DNA of 32,000 nucleotides from Ignicoccus hospitalis KIN4/I (GTDB lineage Archaea; Thermoproteota; Thermoprotei_A; Sulfolobales; Ignicoccaceae): assembly GCF_000017945.1 (NCBI RefSeq), contig NC_009776.1, positions 1,050,001 through 1,082,000 of the forward strand. Direction: 5' to 3'. The notes beneath the pieces are model-generated. The model made no database searches. It saw only the letters and a list, made by a program, of their open reading frames with translations, and was not told where the DNA came from. Position numbers and translations under genes: made by a program. Shown here in pieces: positions 1 to 7,870 of this stretch (the stretch's first letter is position 1; each line of letters begins with the position of its first letter).

Positions 1-236
1 AGGTGGTGAGGAGGGGGACCAAGCCCGAGGAGGTAGTGGAGAGGGTGCTCTCCGAGCTCGGCAGCAGGCACAAGCTGAAGAGGTACCACATAAGGGTTGA
101 GAACGTACAAGAGGTGAAGGAGGAGGAGATAGAGGACATCTACTTCCTCCAGCTGGCCCACTTGAACAGCTGGGAGGCCTACGACGCCCACAAGGTCTGG
201 AGGAAGTACAAGCTGGGCTGGGGTGCGTGGAAGTGA
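1..236 (+). CDS. rpl18a: 50S ribosomal protein L18a/LX (L20e family), 5' truncated by window edge
   Basis: ORF reads ...HIRVENVQEVKEEEIEDIYFLQLAH; first gene of a typical archaeal rpl18a-pfdA-ftsY string; no convincing N-terminus inside window. Confidence 0.75.
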   Translation, partial: VVRRGTKPEEVVERVLSELGSRHKLKRYHIRVENVQEVKEEEIEDIYFLQLAHLNSWEAYDAHKVWRKYKLGWGAWK

Positions 237-694
237 ACGTCCCCCAAGAGAAGCTGGAGGAGCTCCAGAAGCTCCAAAGGGAGTACGAACAGCTCCGGGC
301 CCTACAAGCCAGCCTCGCGGTCGAGGTGGAGCGCCTCAACGCCTTCAAGAAGGACGCCGAGCTGGCGGCGGGGGAGCTGGAGGAGCTGAAGGAAGAGAAG
401 GAAGCCTTGGTCCCTATGGGGCCCGTGTTCGTGAAGTCTAAGCTCCAGACCAAGGTGCTTTACCCGTTGGGAGCCAACGTCTACTTGTCCACGAAGCCCG
501 AAGAAGCCGTTCAGAGGCTCAAAGAGGACAAGAAGAAGATCGAAGAGCAGCTGAAGCTCCTCGAAGCAGAGCTGGCTAAGGTGACCCAAGCGCTGACTTC
601 AATAGAAGCCAGGGTCGCCGAGATCTACCGGGAACTGAACGTTGCTGGGGCGCCTAAAGAAGGCACTCAAGGGACTGGTCAACGAGGTAGCTAA
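227..694 (+). CDS. pfdA: Prefoldin alpha subunit
   Basis: 155-aa coiled-coil protein with central VPMGPVFVKSKL...VLYPLGANVYLST; GTG start overlapping upstream stop. Confidence 0.85.
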   Translation: MEVNVPQEKLEELQKLQREYEQLRALQASLAVEVERLNAFKKDAELAAGELEELKEEKEALVPMGPVFVKSKLQTKVLYPLGANVYLSTKPEEAVQRLKEDKKKIEEQLKLLEAELAKVTQALTSIEARVAEIYRELNVAGAPKEGTQGTGQRGS

Positions 695-1664
695 GAGTAC
701 CAAGGAAGTAACCGAGGAGAAGCCGGTAACCCCGGAGGAGAGGCCGAAGGAAAAGAAGGAGGAGAAGAAGGGCCTTTTAACGAAGTTAAAGGACACAATA
801 GTTTATAAAGAAATAGACGTAAAGAAGCTAGAGCCTCTCCTGGAGGAGTACGTACTGACGTTGAGCGAGCTGGACGTGGCCTACGAAGTCGCGGAGGAAT
901 TGATAGAAAACTTCAAGAAGAACTTAGCCGGCTTGAAAATAAAGAGGGGGGTCGACGAGAGGGAAGTGATTGAGAAGGCGTTAAAAGATGCAATTCTGGG
1001 CTTGATAAGCGTACCCGCGTTCGACTTGATCGAGGAGGCCAAGCGGGCCCAGAGGGAGGGCCGGATACTTAAAATCATGTTCATGGGTGTTAACGGAGTT
1101 GGGAAGACCACGACCATAGCCAAGGTCGCTTACGCGATGAAGAGGGCCGGGGTCACCCCGGTGCTGGCGGCCGCGGACACCTTTAGGGCCGGGGCGGTGG
1201 AGCAGCTCAAGGTACACGCGGAGAGGATGGGGGTACCAATAATAACCAAGCCCTACGGGAGCGACCCGGCGTCCGTGGCCTACGACGCTATAGAGTACGC
1301 CAAGGCGAGGGGGTTTAACGTAGTTTTGATAGACACTGCCGGGAGGATGCACGTAGACGTGGACTTGATGAACGAGCTCCGGAAGGTCGCTAGGGTCGCA
1401 GAGCCGGACTACAAGGTCTTAGTCTTGGACGCCTTAACCGGCAACGACGCAGTCGAACAAGCGAAGTTCTTTGACGAGGCCGTGGGCGTCGACGCTGTAA
1501 TATTGACTAAGGTGGACGCAGACGCCAAGGGGGGAGCGGTCTTGAGCGTCGCAGCTACCATAAAGAAGCCCGTCCTATACTTGGGCGTAGGCCAGAACTA
1601 TGAGGACTTGATAAAGTTCGACCCCAAGTGGTTCGTGGAGCGGCTGTTGGGTGAGGAGAAGTGA
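642..1664 (+). CDS. ftsY: Signal recognition particle receptor FtsY (SRP GTPase)
   Basis: GVNGVGKTTTIAKVA, DTFRAGAVEQL, DTAGRMH, TKVDADAKGGA motifs. Confidence 0.97.
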   Translation: MLGRLKKALKGLVNEVAKSTKEVTEEKPVTPEERPKEKKEEKKGLLTKLKDTIVYKEIDVKKLEPLLEEYVLTLSELDVAYEVAEELIENFKKNLAGLKIKRGVDEREVIEKALKDAILGLISVPAFDLIEEAKRAQREGRILKIMFMGVNGVGKTTTIAKVAYAMKRAGVTPVLAAADTFRAGAVEQLKVHAERMGVPIITKPYGSDPASVAYDAIEYAKARGFNVVLIDTAGRMHVDVDLMNELRKVARVAEPDYKVLVLDALTGNDAVEQAKFFDEAVGVDAVILTKVDADAKGGAVLSVAATIKKPVLYLGVGQNYEDLIKFDPKWFVERLLGEEK

Positions 1665-1855
1665 AGGACTTGAACCGCTACCTAGAGCAGTTGAGGAACT
1701 TGATGAACGACTGGAGGACCATATTGGCCTTGGCGAGCAAGCCCGACGAGGACGAGTTCAAGACGGTTTTGAAGGTCGTAGGCCTAAGCACGTTAATAAT
1801 TGCAGCCTTGGCATACATAATAAGGCTGGTCATAGTGTTAATGCTCTACGGGTGA
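1661..1855 (+). CDS. secE: Preprotein translocase subunit SecE (Sec61 gamma)
   Basis: 64-aa single-TM protein between ftsY and nusG; LASKPDEDEFKTVLKVVGLSTLIIAALAYIIRLV. Confidence 0.85.
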   Translation: MKDLNRYLEQLRNLMNDWRTILALASKPDEDEFKTVLKVVGLSTLIIAALAYIIRLVIVLMLYG

Positions 1856-2298
1856 TGGGGGTGCCGTTCTTCCCGGTAAGGACCGTGAGCGGGAGGGAAA
1901 TTGACGTTGCACTGCTAATTGAAGAAAGGGCGAGAGCAAAGAACTTAGACGTGAAGTCCGTCATAGTGCCCCCGAGGATTAAGGGGTTCGTCATAGTGGA
2001 GAGCCCCGCCCACTTCGTGGTGGCAGAGGCGGTAAGGGGGATAAAGTACGTCAGAGGGGGGCCCGGCAAGAAGATATCGTTGGAGGAGGTGCTCAAAATG
2101 ATAAAGCCCGTGCCGATAATAGAGACCGTCGAGGTGGGCGACATAGTGGAGCTGGTGGCCGGCGTCTTCAAGGGCGTGAAGGCGAGGGTTGAAGCCAAGA
2201 TACCGGAGAAGAACGAACTGGTCCTCAGCATAGTGGAGGCGGCTTATCCGTTGCAAATAACAGTCCCCGCGGACTACGTGCGGCCGGTGCGGAGGTGA
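1855..2298 (+). CDS. spt5: Transcription elongation factor Spt5/NusG
   Basis: [12 protein letters not shown]-terminus, GFVIVES and KOW-like [21 protein letters not shown]; the ORF track start at 1651 is upstream of the plausible ATG at 1855. Confidence 0.9.
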   Translation: MGVPFFPVRTVSGREIDVALLIEERARAKNLDVKSVIVPPRIKGFVIVESPAHFVVAEAVRGIKYVRGGPGKKISLEEVLKMIKPVPIIETVEVGDIVELVAGVFKGVKARVEAKIPEKNELVLSIVEAAYPLQITVPADYVRPVRR

Positions 2299-2305
2299 AG
2301 CGGGG

Positions 2306-2815
2306 ATGCCCAAGAAAGTGTTAACCTTCAGCGTCGAGGGCGGCAACGCCAAGCCCGCGCCCCCGATAAAGCCGGCGCTGGAGTCCGTAGGCCTGGACCC
2401 CAACGAGGTAGTTCAGAAGATAAACGAGGTCACCAAGAGGTACAAGGGGTTTACCGTAACCGTAAAGGTGATAGTTGACCCGGACACCAAGGAGTACGAG
2501 ATAGAGGTGGAGCCTCCAAACATAACTGAGCTCCTCCTAAAGCTGGCGGGCGCCAAGGCCCCCTCCGGGGACCCGATACACCAGAAGGTCGGCGACCTGC
2601 CCTTCGAGAAGGTAATAGAGGCGGCGTTGCTCAAGGCTCCAGAGCTGACGGCTAAGACCTTGAAGGGGGCCGTAAAGACCGTACTCGGGACCGCTAGGGC
2701 TATAGGGCTCACGGTGGACAAGATGGACCCCAAAGAGGTGACGCGGCTGGTCGAGGAGGGCAAGTACGACGAGCAGCTCAAGAAGTACGAGCCCGAGTGG
2801 GAGGCAGTCAGTTAA
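2306..2815 (+). CDS. rpl11: 50S ribosomal protein L11
   Basis: [21 protein letters not shown]...; [11 protein letters not shown] near the C-terminus. Confidence 0.96.
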   Translation: MPKKVLTFSVEGGNAKPAPPIKPALESVGLDPNEVVQKINEVTKRYKGFTVTVKVIVDPDTKEYEIEVEPPNITELLLKLAGAKAPSGDPIHQKVGDLPFEKVIEAALLKAPELTAKTLKGAVKTVLGTARAIGLTVDKMDPKEVTRLVEEGKYDEQLKKYEPEWEAVS

Positions 2816-2826
2816 AACCCCTCTCA

Positions 2827-3495
2827 GTGGTGAGGGAGGGTCCGAAGTTGTTAGTGGACGAAGCCCTTTTGGAGAGGGGCGTCAAGGAGGCCGTAGAGAG
2901 GAGCAGGAAGCGCAACTTCAAGGAGTCCGTGGACATGATAGTGGTATTGAAGGACATAGACTTGAAGGGGCCCGAAGGGAGGATAAGGGAGGTGGTGGAG
3001 CTCCCGCACGCCCCCAAGAAGGAGGTCAAGATATGCGTGGTGGCCCACGGCGACTTGGCGCTACAAGCGAAGAAGATGGGCCTGACCGTGGTCACCAGGG
3101 ACGAGCTCCAACAGATGGACAAGAAGGCGGCCAAGAAGCTCGCGAAGAGGTGCGACTGGGTGCTCGTTCAGACGGACTTGATGGGCATAGCGGGTAAGGT
3201 CTTGGGCCCCGCCCTGGGCCCCAGGGGGAAGGCCCCGGTCCCCCTGCCCCCCAACGCGCCTCTGGAGGCCTTCGTCAAGAGGTACTCCAAGTCTGTAAAC
3301 TTGAGGATTAGGAAGCAGCCGCAAGTGATGTGCAGCATAGGCACGGAGGACATGGACCCCAAGGAGCTGGCGGAGAACGCGGCGGCCGTCTTGGGGGCTC
3401 TGGAGAGGAAGCTCCCCAACCCTCAAAACCAGATAGCTAAAGTTATAGTGAAGACCACGATGGGACCGCCGGTGCTCGTTCTGAGCAGGAGGTGA
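2827..3495 (+). CDS. rpl1: 50S ribosomal protein L1
   Basis: MGIAGKVLGPALGPRGKAPVPLPPN; start chosen at one of tandem GTGs (2827/2830). Confidence 0.93.
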   Translation: MVREGPKLLVDEALLERGVKEAVERSRKRNFKESVDMIVVLKDIDLKGPEGRIREVVELPHAPKKEVKICVVAHGDLALQAKKMGLTVVTRDELQQMDKKAAKKLAKRCDWVLVQTDLMGIAGKVLGPALGPRGKAPVPLPPNAPLEAFVKRYSKSVNLRIRKQPQVMCSIGTEDMDPKELAENAAAVLGALERKLPNPQNQIAKVIVKTTMGPPVLVLSRR

Positions 3496-3501
3496 AGGGC
3501 G

Positions 3502-4542
3502 TTGAGCGCGATCACCGGCAGGGTCTCCACTTACCACAGGGAGAAGTTCCCCGAGTGGAAGGTAAAGCTGGTAAACGAGGTAAAGGAGAAGCTGAAGGAG
3601 AACGACGTAGTGCTGGTACTGGACCTAGTGGAAACTCCAGCGAACTTGGTACACAAGTTTAGGAAGAAGTTCAGGAAAGAGCTCCCCTACATGAAGGTAA
3701 TAAAGAACAACTTGGTGAGGAAGGCGTTTGAACAGAGCGGCATTGAGATGCCTAAGGAGATGGATGAGCAACTGGTAGGCTCCAACATGTTCATATTCAC
3801 TAACGACAACCCCTTCAAGCTGGCCCTCAAGATATCTAAGTTCAGCATGCCCGCCCCCGCCAAGCCCGGCGACGTGGCCCAGAGCGAGATAGTGGTCCCG
3901 GCCGGCGACACCGGCCTCACCCCGGGCCCCATACTCTCAACCTTCGGTAAGCTGAAGATCAAAACTATGGTCAAAGGGGGTACCATACACATCGCCAAGG
4001 ACACTGTGGTAGCGAAGCCCGGGGACGTGATCTCGCCGGAGCTCGCGAGCCTCCTCCAGAAGCTGGGCATAACGCCCATGGAGCTAAAGATGAAGATCAA
4101 GGGAGCTTACATAAAGAGCTTGAACAGGTGGGTGCCCGCAGAGGAGCTGGTGCTCGACCTGAACAAGTACAAGGAGCAGATACAAGAAGCGTACACCAAC
4201 GCGCTGGCCTTGGGAGTGAGCATAGCCTACCCGGTGCCGGAGGTGCTGAAGCTGAGCGTGGCGAAGGCGTTCCAGGACGCGCTGAAGGTAGCCGTGGAGG
4301 CGGGCTGGCTCACCAAGGAGACCGCGCCGTACTTGCTCAGCAAGGCCTACGCGCAAGCGCTGGCGCTGGTGGGCGCTCTGGGCGACAAGGCGAAGGAGCT
4401 CGGAATAGAGGTGGAGGTCCCGGCCGCGCCGGCGCCGGAGGCGAAGGAGGAGAAGAAGGAGGAGGCGGAAGAGGAAGAAGAGGAGAAGAAGGAGGTCTCG
4501 GAGGAGGACCTCTCCGCGGGCCTCGGGGCGCTATTCGGCTAA
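3502..4542 (+). CDS. rpl10: 50S ribosomal protein L10 (P0 stalk protein)
   Basis: TTG start; archaeal L10 with acidic tail EEAEEEEEEKKEVSEEDLSAGLGALFG. Confidence 0.96.
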   Translation: MSAITGRVSTYHREKFPEWKVKLVNEVKEKLKENDVVLVLDLVETPANLVHKFRKKFRKELPYMKVIKNNLVRKAFEQSGIEMPKEMDEQLVGSNMFIFTNDNPFKLALKISKFSMPAPAKPGDVAQSEIVVPAGDTGLTPGPILSTFGKLKIKTMVKGGTIHIAKDTVVAKPGDVISPELASLLQKLGITPMELKMKIKGAYIKSLNRWVPAEELVLDLNKYKEQIQEAYTNALALGVSIAYPVPEVLKLSVAKAFQDALKVAVEAGWLTKETAPYLLSKAYAQALALVGALGDKAKELGIEVEVPAAPAPEAKEEKKEEAEEEEEEKKEVSEEDLSAGLGALFG

Positions 4543-5118
4543 CCTCCTCCTCTTCAAATACTCCTTTACTTTTTCCGAGAAGAACACCCCCCCTCCTATC
4601 ACCGGGTACGCGTAGGGGAGCTCTTCTACCACCTTCATGCCCATAACTTCCCCGACCTCCACTTCCAAGCCCACTACCTTCTCTATTTCGCTCAGCTTCT
4701 TACCTCTCTTAATCAACCAAGCCACGGCCACCGCGCCGTCTATGGAGAACTGCTCGGGGCCCAAGTTCCTCACCAGAACCCCCTTGGGCAGCAGCTTGCT
4801 GGTCAAGAGCTCCCACGTCCTCCCCTTAGGGGGGTGGGCCCCCAAGATCCCGCCGACCACCACGGTCCCAGAGGCCTCATCGGGAGTGAGCTCGCCCTCC
4901 CCCTTGGGGTCCAGAACGACCCAAGGCCTCGGCATGTGATCTATAATTTCGACCACGCTCCTCTCCTCGAAAGGTATTCCGAGTTCCTTCAAGGACTCCT
5001 TCAGCCTCTCGTCCTTTACGTTCGTTATTAAAAGTTCGTCGCCTACCAGCTCGTAGGCGTGCTCGTACTCGTAGAGCAGCCACTCGCTGAACTCCTCCAA
5101 GTTTTCCACTATTATCAA
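4531..5118 (-). CDS. Sfm1/PF04252-like SPOUT-fold SAM-dependent methyltransferase
   Basis: LIIVENLEEFSEWLLYEYEHAYEL...LLITNVKDE...VLDPKGEGELTPDEA...VVGGILGAHPPKGRT; TTG at 5118 fits the family N-terminus better than the long ORF start. Confidence 0.75.
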   Translation of the reverse strand: MIIVENLEEFSEWLLYEYEHAYELVGDELLITNVKDERLKESLKELGIPFEERSVVEIIDHMPRPWVVLDPKGEGELTPDEASGTVVVGGILGAHPPKGRTWELLTSKLLPKGVLVRNLGPEQFSIDGAVAVAWLIKRGKKLSEIEKVVGLEVEVGEVMGMKVVEELPYAYPVIGGGVFFSEKVKEYLKRRRLAE

Positions 5119-5154
5119 GCCGCTCCCCCGGAGGGGCCCGCGGGGGAAAGTAAA

Positions 5155-6315
5155 TTGTCGGGGCCGGACTACCCCATAGAGATAATAGAGGAGGGGAAGG
5201 TCAAGCTCGCAGTCCCCAGGATGAGCGACTACTTGAGGCCCGACGGGGTCTACGAGCCCGCCCACGCGCCGGTGTTCTACAACCCCAAGGCTAAGTTCAA
5301 CAGGGACGTGGCGGTCGCCATGGGGGCCGCCCTCAAGGAGAGGCTGGGGAGGCTGGAGGTCTTGGAGCCCTTGGCCGGCTCGGGGGTTAGGAGCTTGAGG
5401 TACGCCGTAGAGGCCGGGGCCGACAAGGTGCTTGCGGTGGACGCCGACCCCAAAGCGGTGGAGCTGATAAAGTACAATATAAGGTTAAACAAGCTAGAGG
5501 ACAAAGTAAAGGTCTTGCTCGCAGAGGCGAACGCGGTCTTGCACTCCCGGGAGCTCAGGGGAGGCTACTACGACTTGGTGGACGTGGACCCCTTCGGCTC
5601 TCCCATGCCCTTCGCCGACGGGGCGATCAGGGCGGCCCGGAGGAGGGGCTTGGTGGCCTTCACCGCGACAGACACCGCCCCCTTGACCGGGGCGAGGCCC
5701 CAGTCGGCCTTGCGCAAGTACGGCGCCTCCGTTAGGAGGACTCCCTTTTCCAAGGAGGTTGCAATAAGGGTCTTGATAGCTGCTTTGGTGAGGGTTGCGG
5801 CTGTGAGGGAGGTGGCACTCAAGCCCGAGGCGGCGTTCTTCAAGGACTACTACGTGAGGGCCCACCTCACCGTCGAGAGGGGGGCGAGGAGGGTCGAGGA
5901 GGCCTTGTCCCAGCTGGGCTACTTGTTCTACCGCCCGGACTACTCCGTCGAGGTGGTGAGGGGCTACCCCCTCCCCGAGAGGGTGCCCGAGGGGACCGCC
6001 TTGGGCCCCCTTTGGCTGGGCCCCCTGACCGGCCCCTTGGCCAAGAGGGCCGCGGAGCTGGTCGGGGGCGAGGTCAAGCGCTTCTTGGAACACTTGATAG
6101 AGGAGGACTCCGTGGGCGTGCCGTACTCTTACAAGGTTGAGAGGGTCGCGAGCATATTGAAGGTTAACATGCCCAGCCCGAAGCTGGTCGTGGAGGAGCT
6201 CAGGGCTGCGGGCTACAAGGCCTTATTGGCCCACTACGACCACACCTCCGTTAAGACCGACGCCCCGGCGGAGGAGGTCTTCAAGGTCGTGAAGAAGCTG
6301 AGCCCGCGGCCCTAA
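5155..6315 (+). CDS. trm1: tRNA (guanine-26-N2) dimethyltransferase Trm1
   Basis: LAGSGVRSLRYAVEAG, DVDPFGSPMPFADGAI, TDTAPLTGARP; TTG start at 5155 inferred. Confidence 0.93.
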   Translation: MSGPDYPIEIIEEGKVKLAVPRMSDYLRPDGVYEPAHAPVFYNPKAKFNRDVAVAMGAALKERLGRLEVLEPLAGSGVRSLRYAVEAGADKVLAVDADPKAVELIKYNIRLNKLEDKVKVLLAEANAVLHSRELRGGYYDLVDVDPFGSPMPFADGAIRAARRRGLVAFTATDTAPLTGARPQSALRKYGASVRRTPFSKEVAIRVLIAALVRVAAVREVALKPEAAFFKDYYVRAHLTVERGARRVEEALSQLGYLFYRPDYSVEVVRGYPLPERVPEGTALGPLWLGPLTGPLAKRAAELVGGEVKRFLEHLIEEDSVGVPYSYKVERVASILKVNMPSPKLVVEELRAAGYKALLAHYDHTSVKTDAPAEEVFKVVKKLSPRP

Positions 6316-6360
6316 CCGTTAAGCTCGGGCCCCGGGGCTAGCCCTTAGGTGGTCCGCGGG

Positions 6361-6909
6361 ATGAGCGTAGTGGAGAGCGCTGAGGCCGAGCTCAAGGAGG
6401 CGGCGGCCCAGTTCTACGAGAGGAAGCAGCTCCTAGCCTTCGCCGCTTCCTACGCGCTCGCCTCCGCCTTGGGCGCGGCGCTCAAGCAGCCCGCCGTCGC
6501 CGGGGCGGGCTTGGCCCTCGTGGGGGCTTCTGCAGTCTTGTTCAAGAAGATCATAAGCAGCAAGATAGAGGCAGTCAGAGAGGCGTGGGACTTGTTGCTG
6601 GACATAAAGGGCTTGGACACCAAGCTAATACAAAACCCGGAGGAGAGGAAGGAGCTGGAGGAGCTGATACAAACGAAGTACAGCAAGTTCAAGCGTGTCG
6701 TGGCGTACGTGAAGGACGTCGCCGAGGAGTTGAAGGGGAAGGCCTCGCTCGCCTTCGCCCTCTACGGCGCCGGCAGCGGGCTGGCGAGCTCCTCCCTCGC
6801 CTTCAGCTTACCTTGGCCCGTGTCCTTAGCTACTTACGCAATCATGACCTTGTTGTTCGTAACGCCGCTTCCGAGCATAGTGTACGAGTTGAGGGAGGTG
6901 GTGACGTAG
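6361..6909 (+). CDS. Hypothetical membrane protein
   Basis: About 183-aa ORF with two predicted hydrophobic regions; no family recognised. Confidence 0.6.
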   Translation: MSVVESAEAELKEAAAQFYERKQLLAFAASYALASALGAALKQPAVAGAGLALVGASAVLFKKIISSKIEAVREAWDLLLDIKGLDTKLIQNPEERKELEELIQTKYSKFKRVVAYVKDVAEELKGKASLAFALYGAGSGLASSSLAFSLPWPVSLATYAIMTLLFVTPLPSIVYELREVVT

Positions 6910-6927
6910 GAGCCCTTGGCCGCCGTG

Positions 6928-7036
6928 TGGCGGGCCCGCCGGGATTTGAACCCGGGACTTCCGCGGCGGGAAACGGGCCAAGCCCCGCCTCTACGGGTTA
7001 AGAGCCCGCCGCTCTACCAGGCTGAGCTACGGGCCC
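6928..7036 (-). tRNA. tRNA-Lys(CTT) with variable-loop intron; CCA encoded (6928-6930)
   Basis: Spliced: GGGCCCG TA GCTC AGCCTGGTA GAGC G GCGGG CTCTTAA CCCGT AGGTC CCGGG TTCAAAT CCCGG CGGGCCC G CCA; all four arms pair. Confidence 0.93.
6959..6990 (-). other. 32-nt tRNA-Lys intron at non-canonical position 45/46
   Basis: Removing AGGCGGGGCTTGGCCCGTTTCCCGCCGCGGAA gives a 5-nt AGGTC variable loop; central helix CCGT/GCGG, 3-nt bulges AGA and AAG, inner helix GGCGGG/CCCGCC. Confidence 0.85.
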
Positions 7037-7064
7037 GCTCCGTGGGCTTGGAGACCGGTGGGGG

Positions 7065-7077
7065 TTAATAAAATTTT
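7065..7077 (-). promoter_or_regulatory. TATA-box-like element for tRNA-Lys
   Basis: Minus-strand AAATTTTATTAA about 30 nt upstream of the tRNA 5' end. Confidence 0.6.
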
Positions 7078-7229
7078 AGCACACGTCTCGCACTTTCCTC
7101 AAGGCTTGTGGAAATCTGAGGGCGAGTTACTTATCGGACCTTAGGAGCTTTTGCGTAACGCGCTTTTTGTGGTCTTTGTCTTTATTAGAACCTCGGGTTG
7201 TGTTTTTCGTTATCTTTTAGGAGAACTAT

Positions 7230-7458
7230 CTTTCCAATCTCCCTTGAGACTCTACAGGAGGCGGTGAACAAGATAGAGGAGGTCCTCGACAACTACTCCT
7301 TTCCATTCTCTCTTGAGACTCCACCAGGGTTAATGCGGTTTATCAACGGCGGGGGTAGGCGTGACCTTTCTATCCTCTCTTGAGACTCCACACGAAGAAC
7401 AATTGGTACTTTATAAATGAGAGACTGAAGACCTTTCTATCCTCTCTTGAGACTCCAC
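7230..7458 (-). CRISPR. CRISPR mini-array: 4 repeats, 3 spacers
   Basis: 26-nt repeats at 7230-7255, 7299-7324, 7366-7391 and 7433-7458 (last two identical: CTTTCTATCCTCTCTTGAGACTCCAC); unrelated spacers of 43, 41 and 41 nt. Reverse complement GTGGAGTCTCAAGAGAGGATAGAAAG ends in the GAAAG typical of crenarchaeal repeats. Confidence 0.88.
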
Positions 7459-7870
7459 CGAGCCCTTCCATATAAAGCTCCAAGGTCTTTCCCTTAAAAG
7501 AATTGCGTTCTACCCCAAACTTACAATTCCCCAAGCTTTTCCCTTTATTCAAGAAAAATTTCCTCTGCCCTTCCCTCCATGATCTTCAGCGTTCCCATGA
7601 AAAGATATAAGGGGGTTTGAGAGAGTGAATAGTAATGGTGCGCTTTCGAACATAGAATGTTCCCATATGGGTGAAGGTTGAAAAGGAAATGAGTAAGTGG
7701 AAAAGTTTGGTGATGAGTTACACACTAATTTGAATTAGGAGTTGTCTTACAACTAAACGCGGAGAAGTACGCTTTCTCCGAACCCCGCGAAGGGCTCGGG
7801 TCGAGGGGTCGTTACATGAAAACAAATTTCTCGCGGGAGGCCGTTGTCTAGGAGGAGAGACGAGTTGGTA

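Noticed and set aside
302-589. Antisense ORFs such as 302..589, 881..1123, 981..1352, 2413..2781 and 4084..4356
   Set aside because: They lie opposite strongly supported genes and show repetitive low-complexity protein sequence typical of shadow frames in GC-biased coding DNA.
1651-1854. N-terminal extension of the Spt5/NusG ORF upstream of 1855
   Set aside because: It is antigenic to no known Spt5 N-terminus and is read across secE in another frame; ATG 1855 gives the expected protein.
6961-7010. Canonical 37/38 intron in tRNA-Lys
   Set aside because: With this site the right-hand anticodon stem CCCGC would leave a 10-nt variable loop and an extra mismatch at position 38; the 45/46 model gives a perfect mature tRNA.
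7198-7552. ORFs 7198..7383 (+) and 7370..7552 (-)
   Set aside because: They run through the CRISPR repeats and spacers; coding content is incidental.
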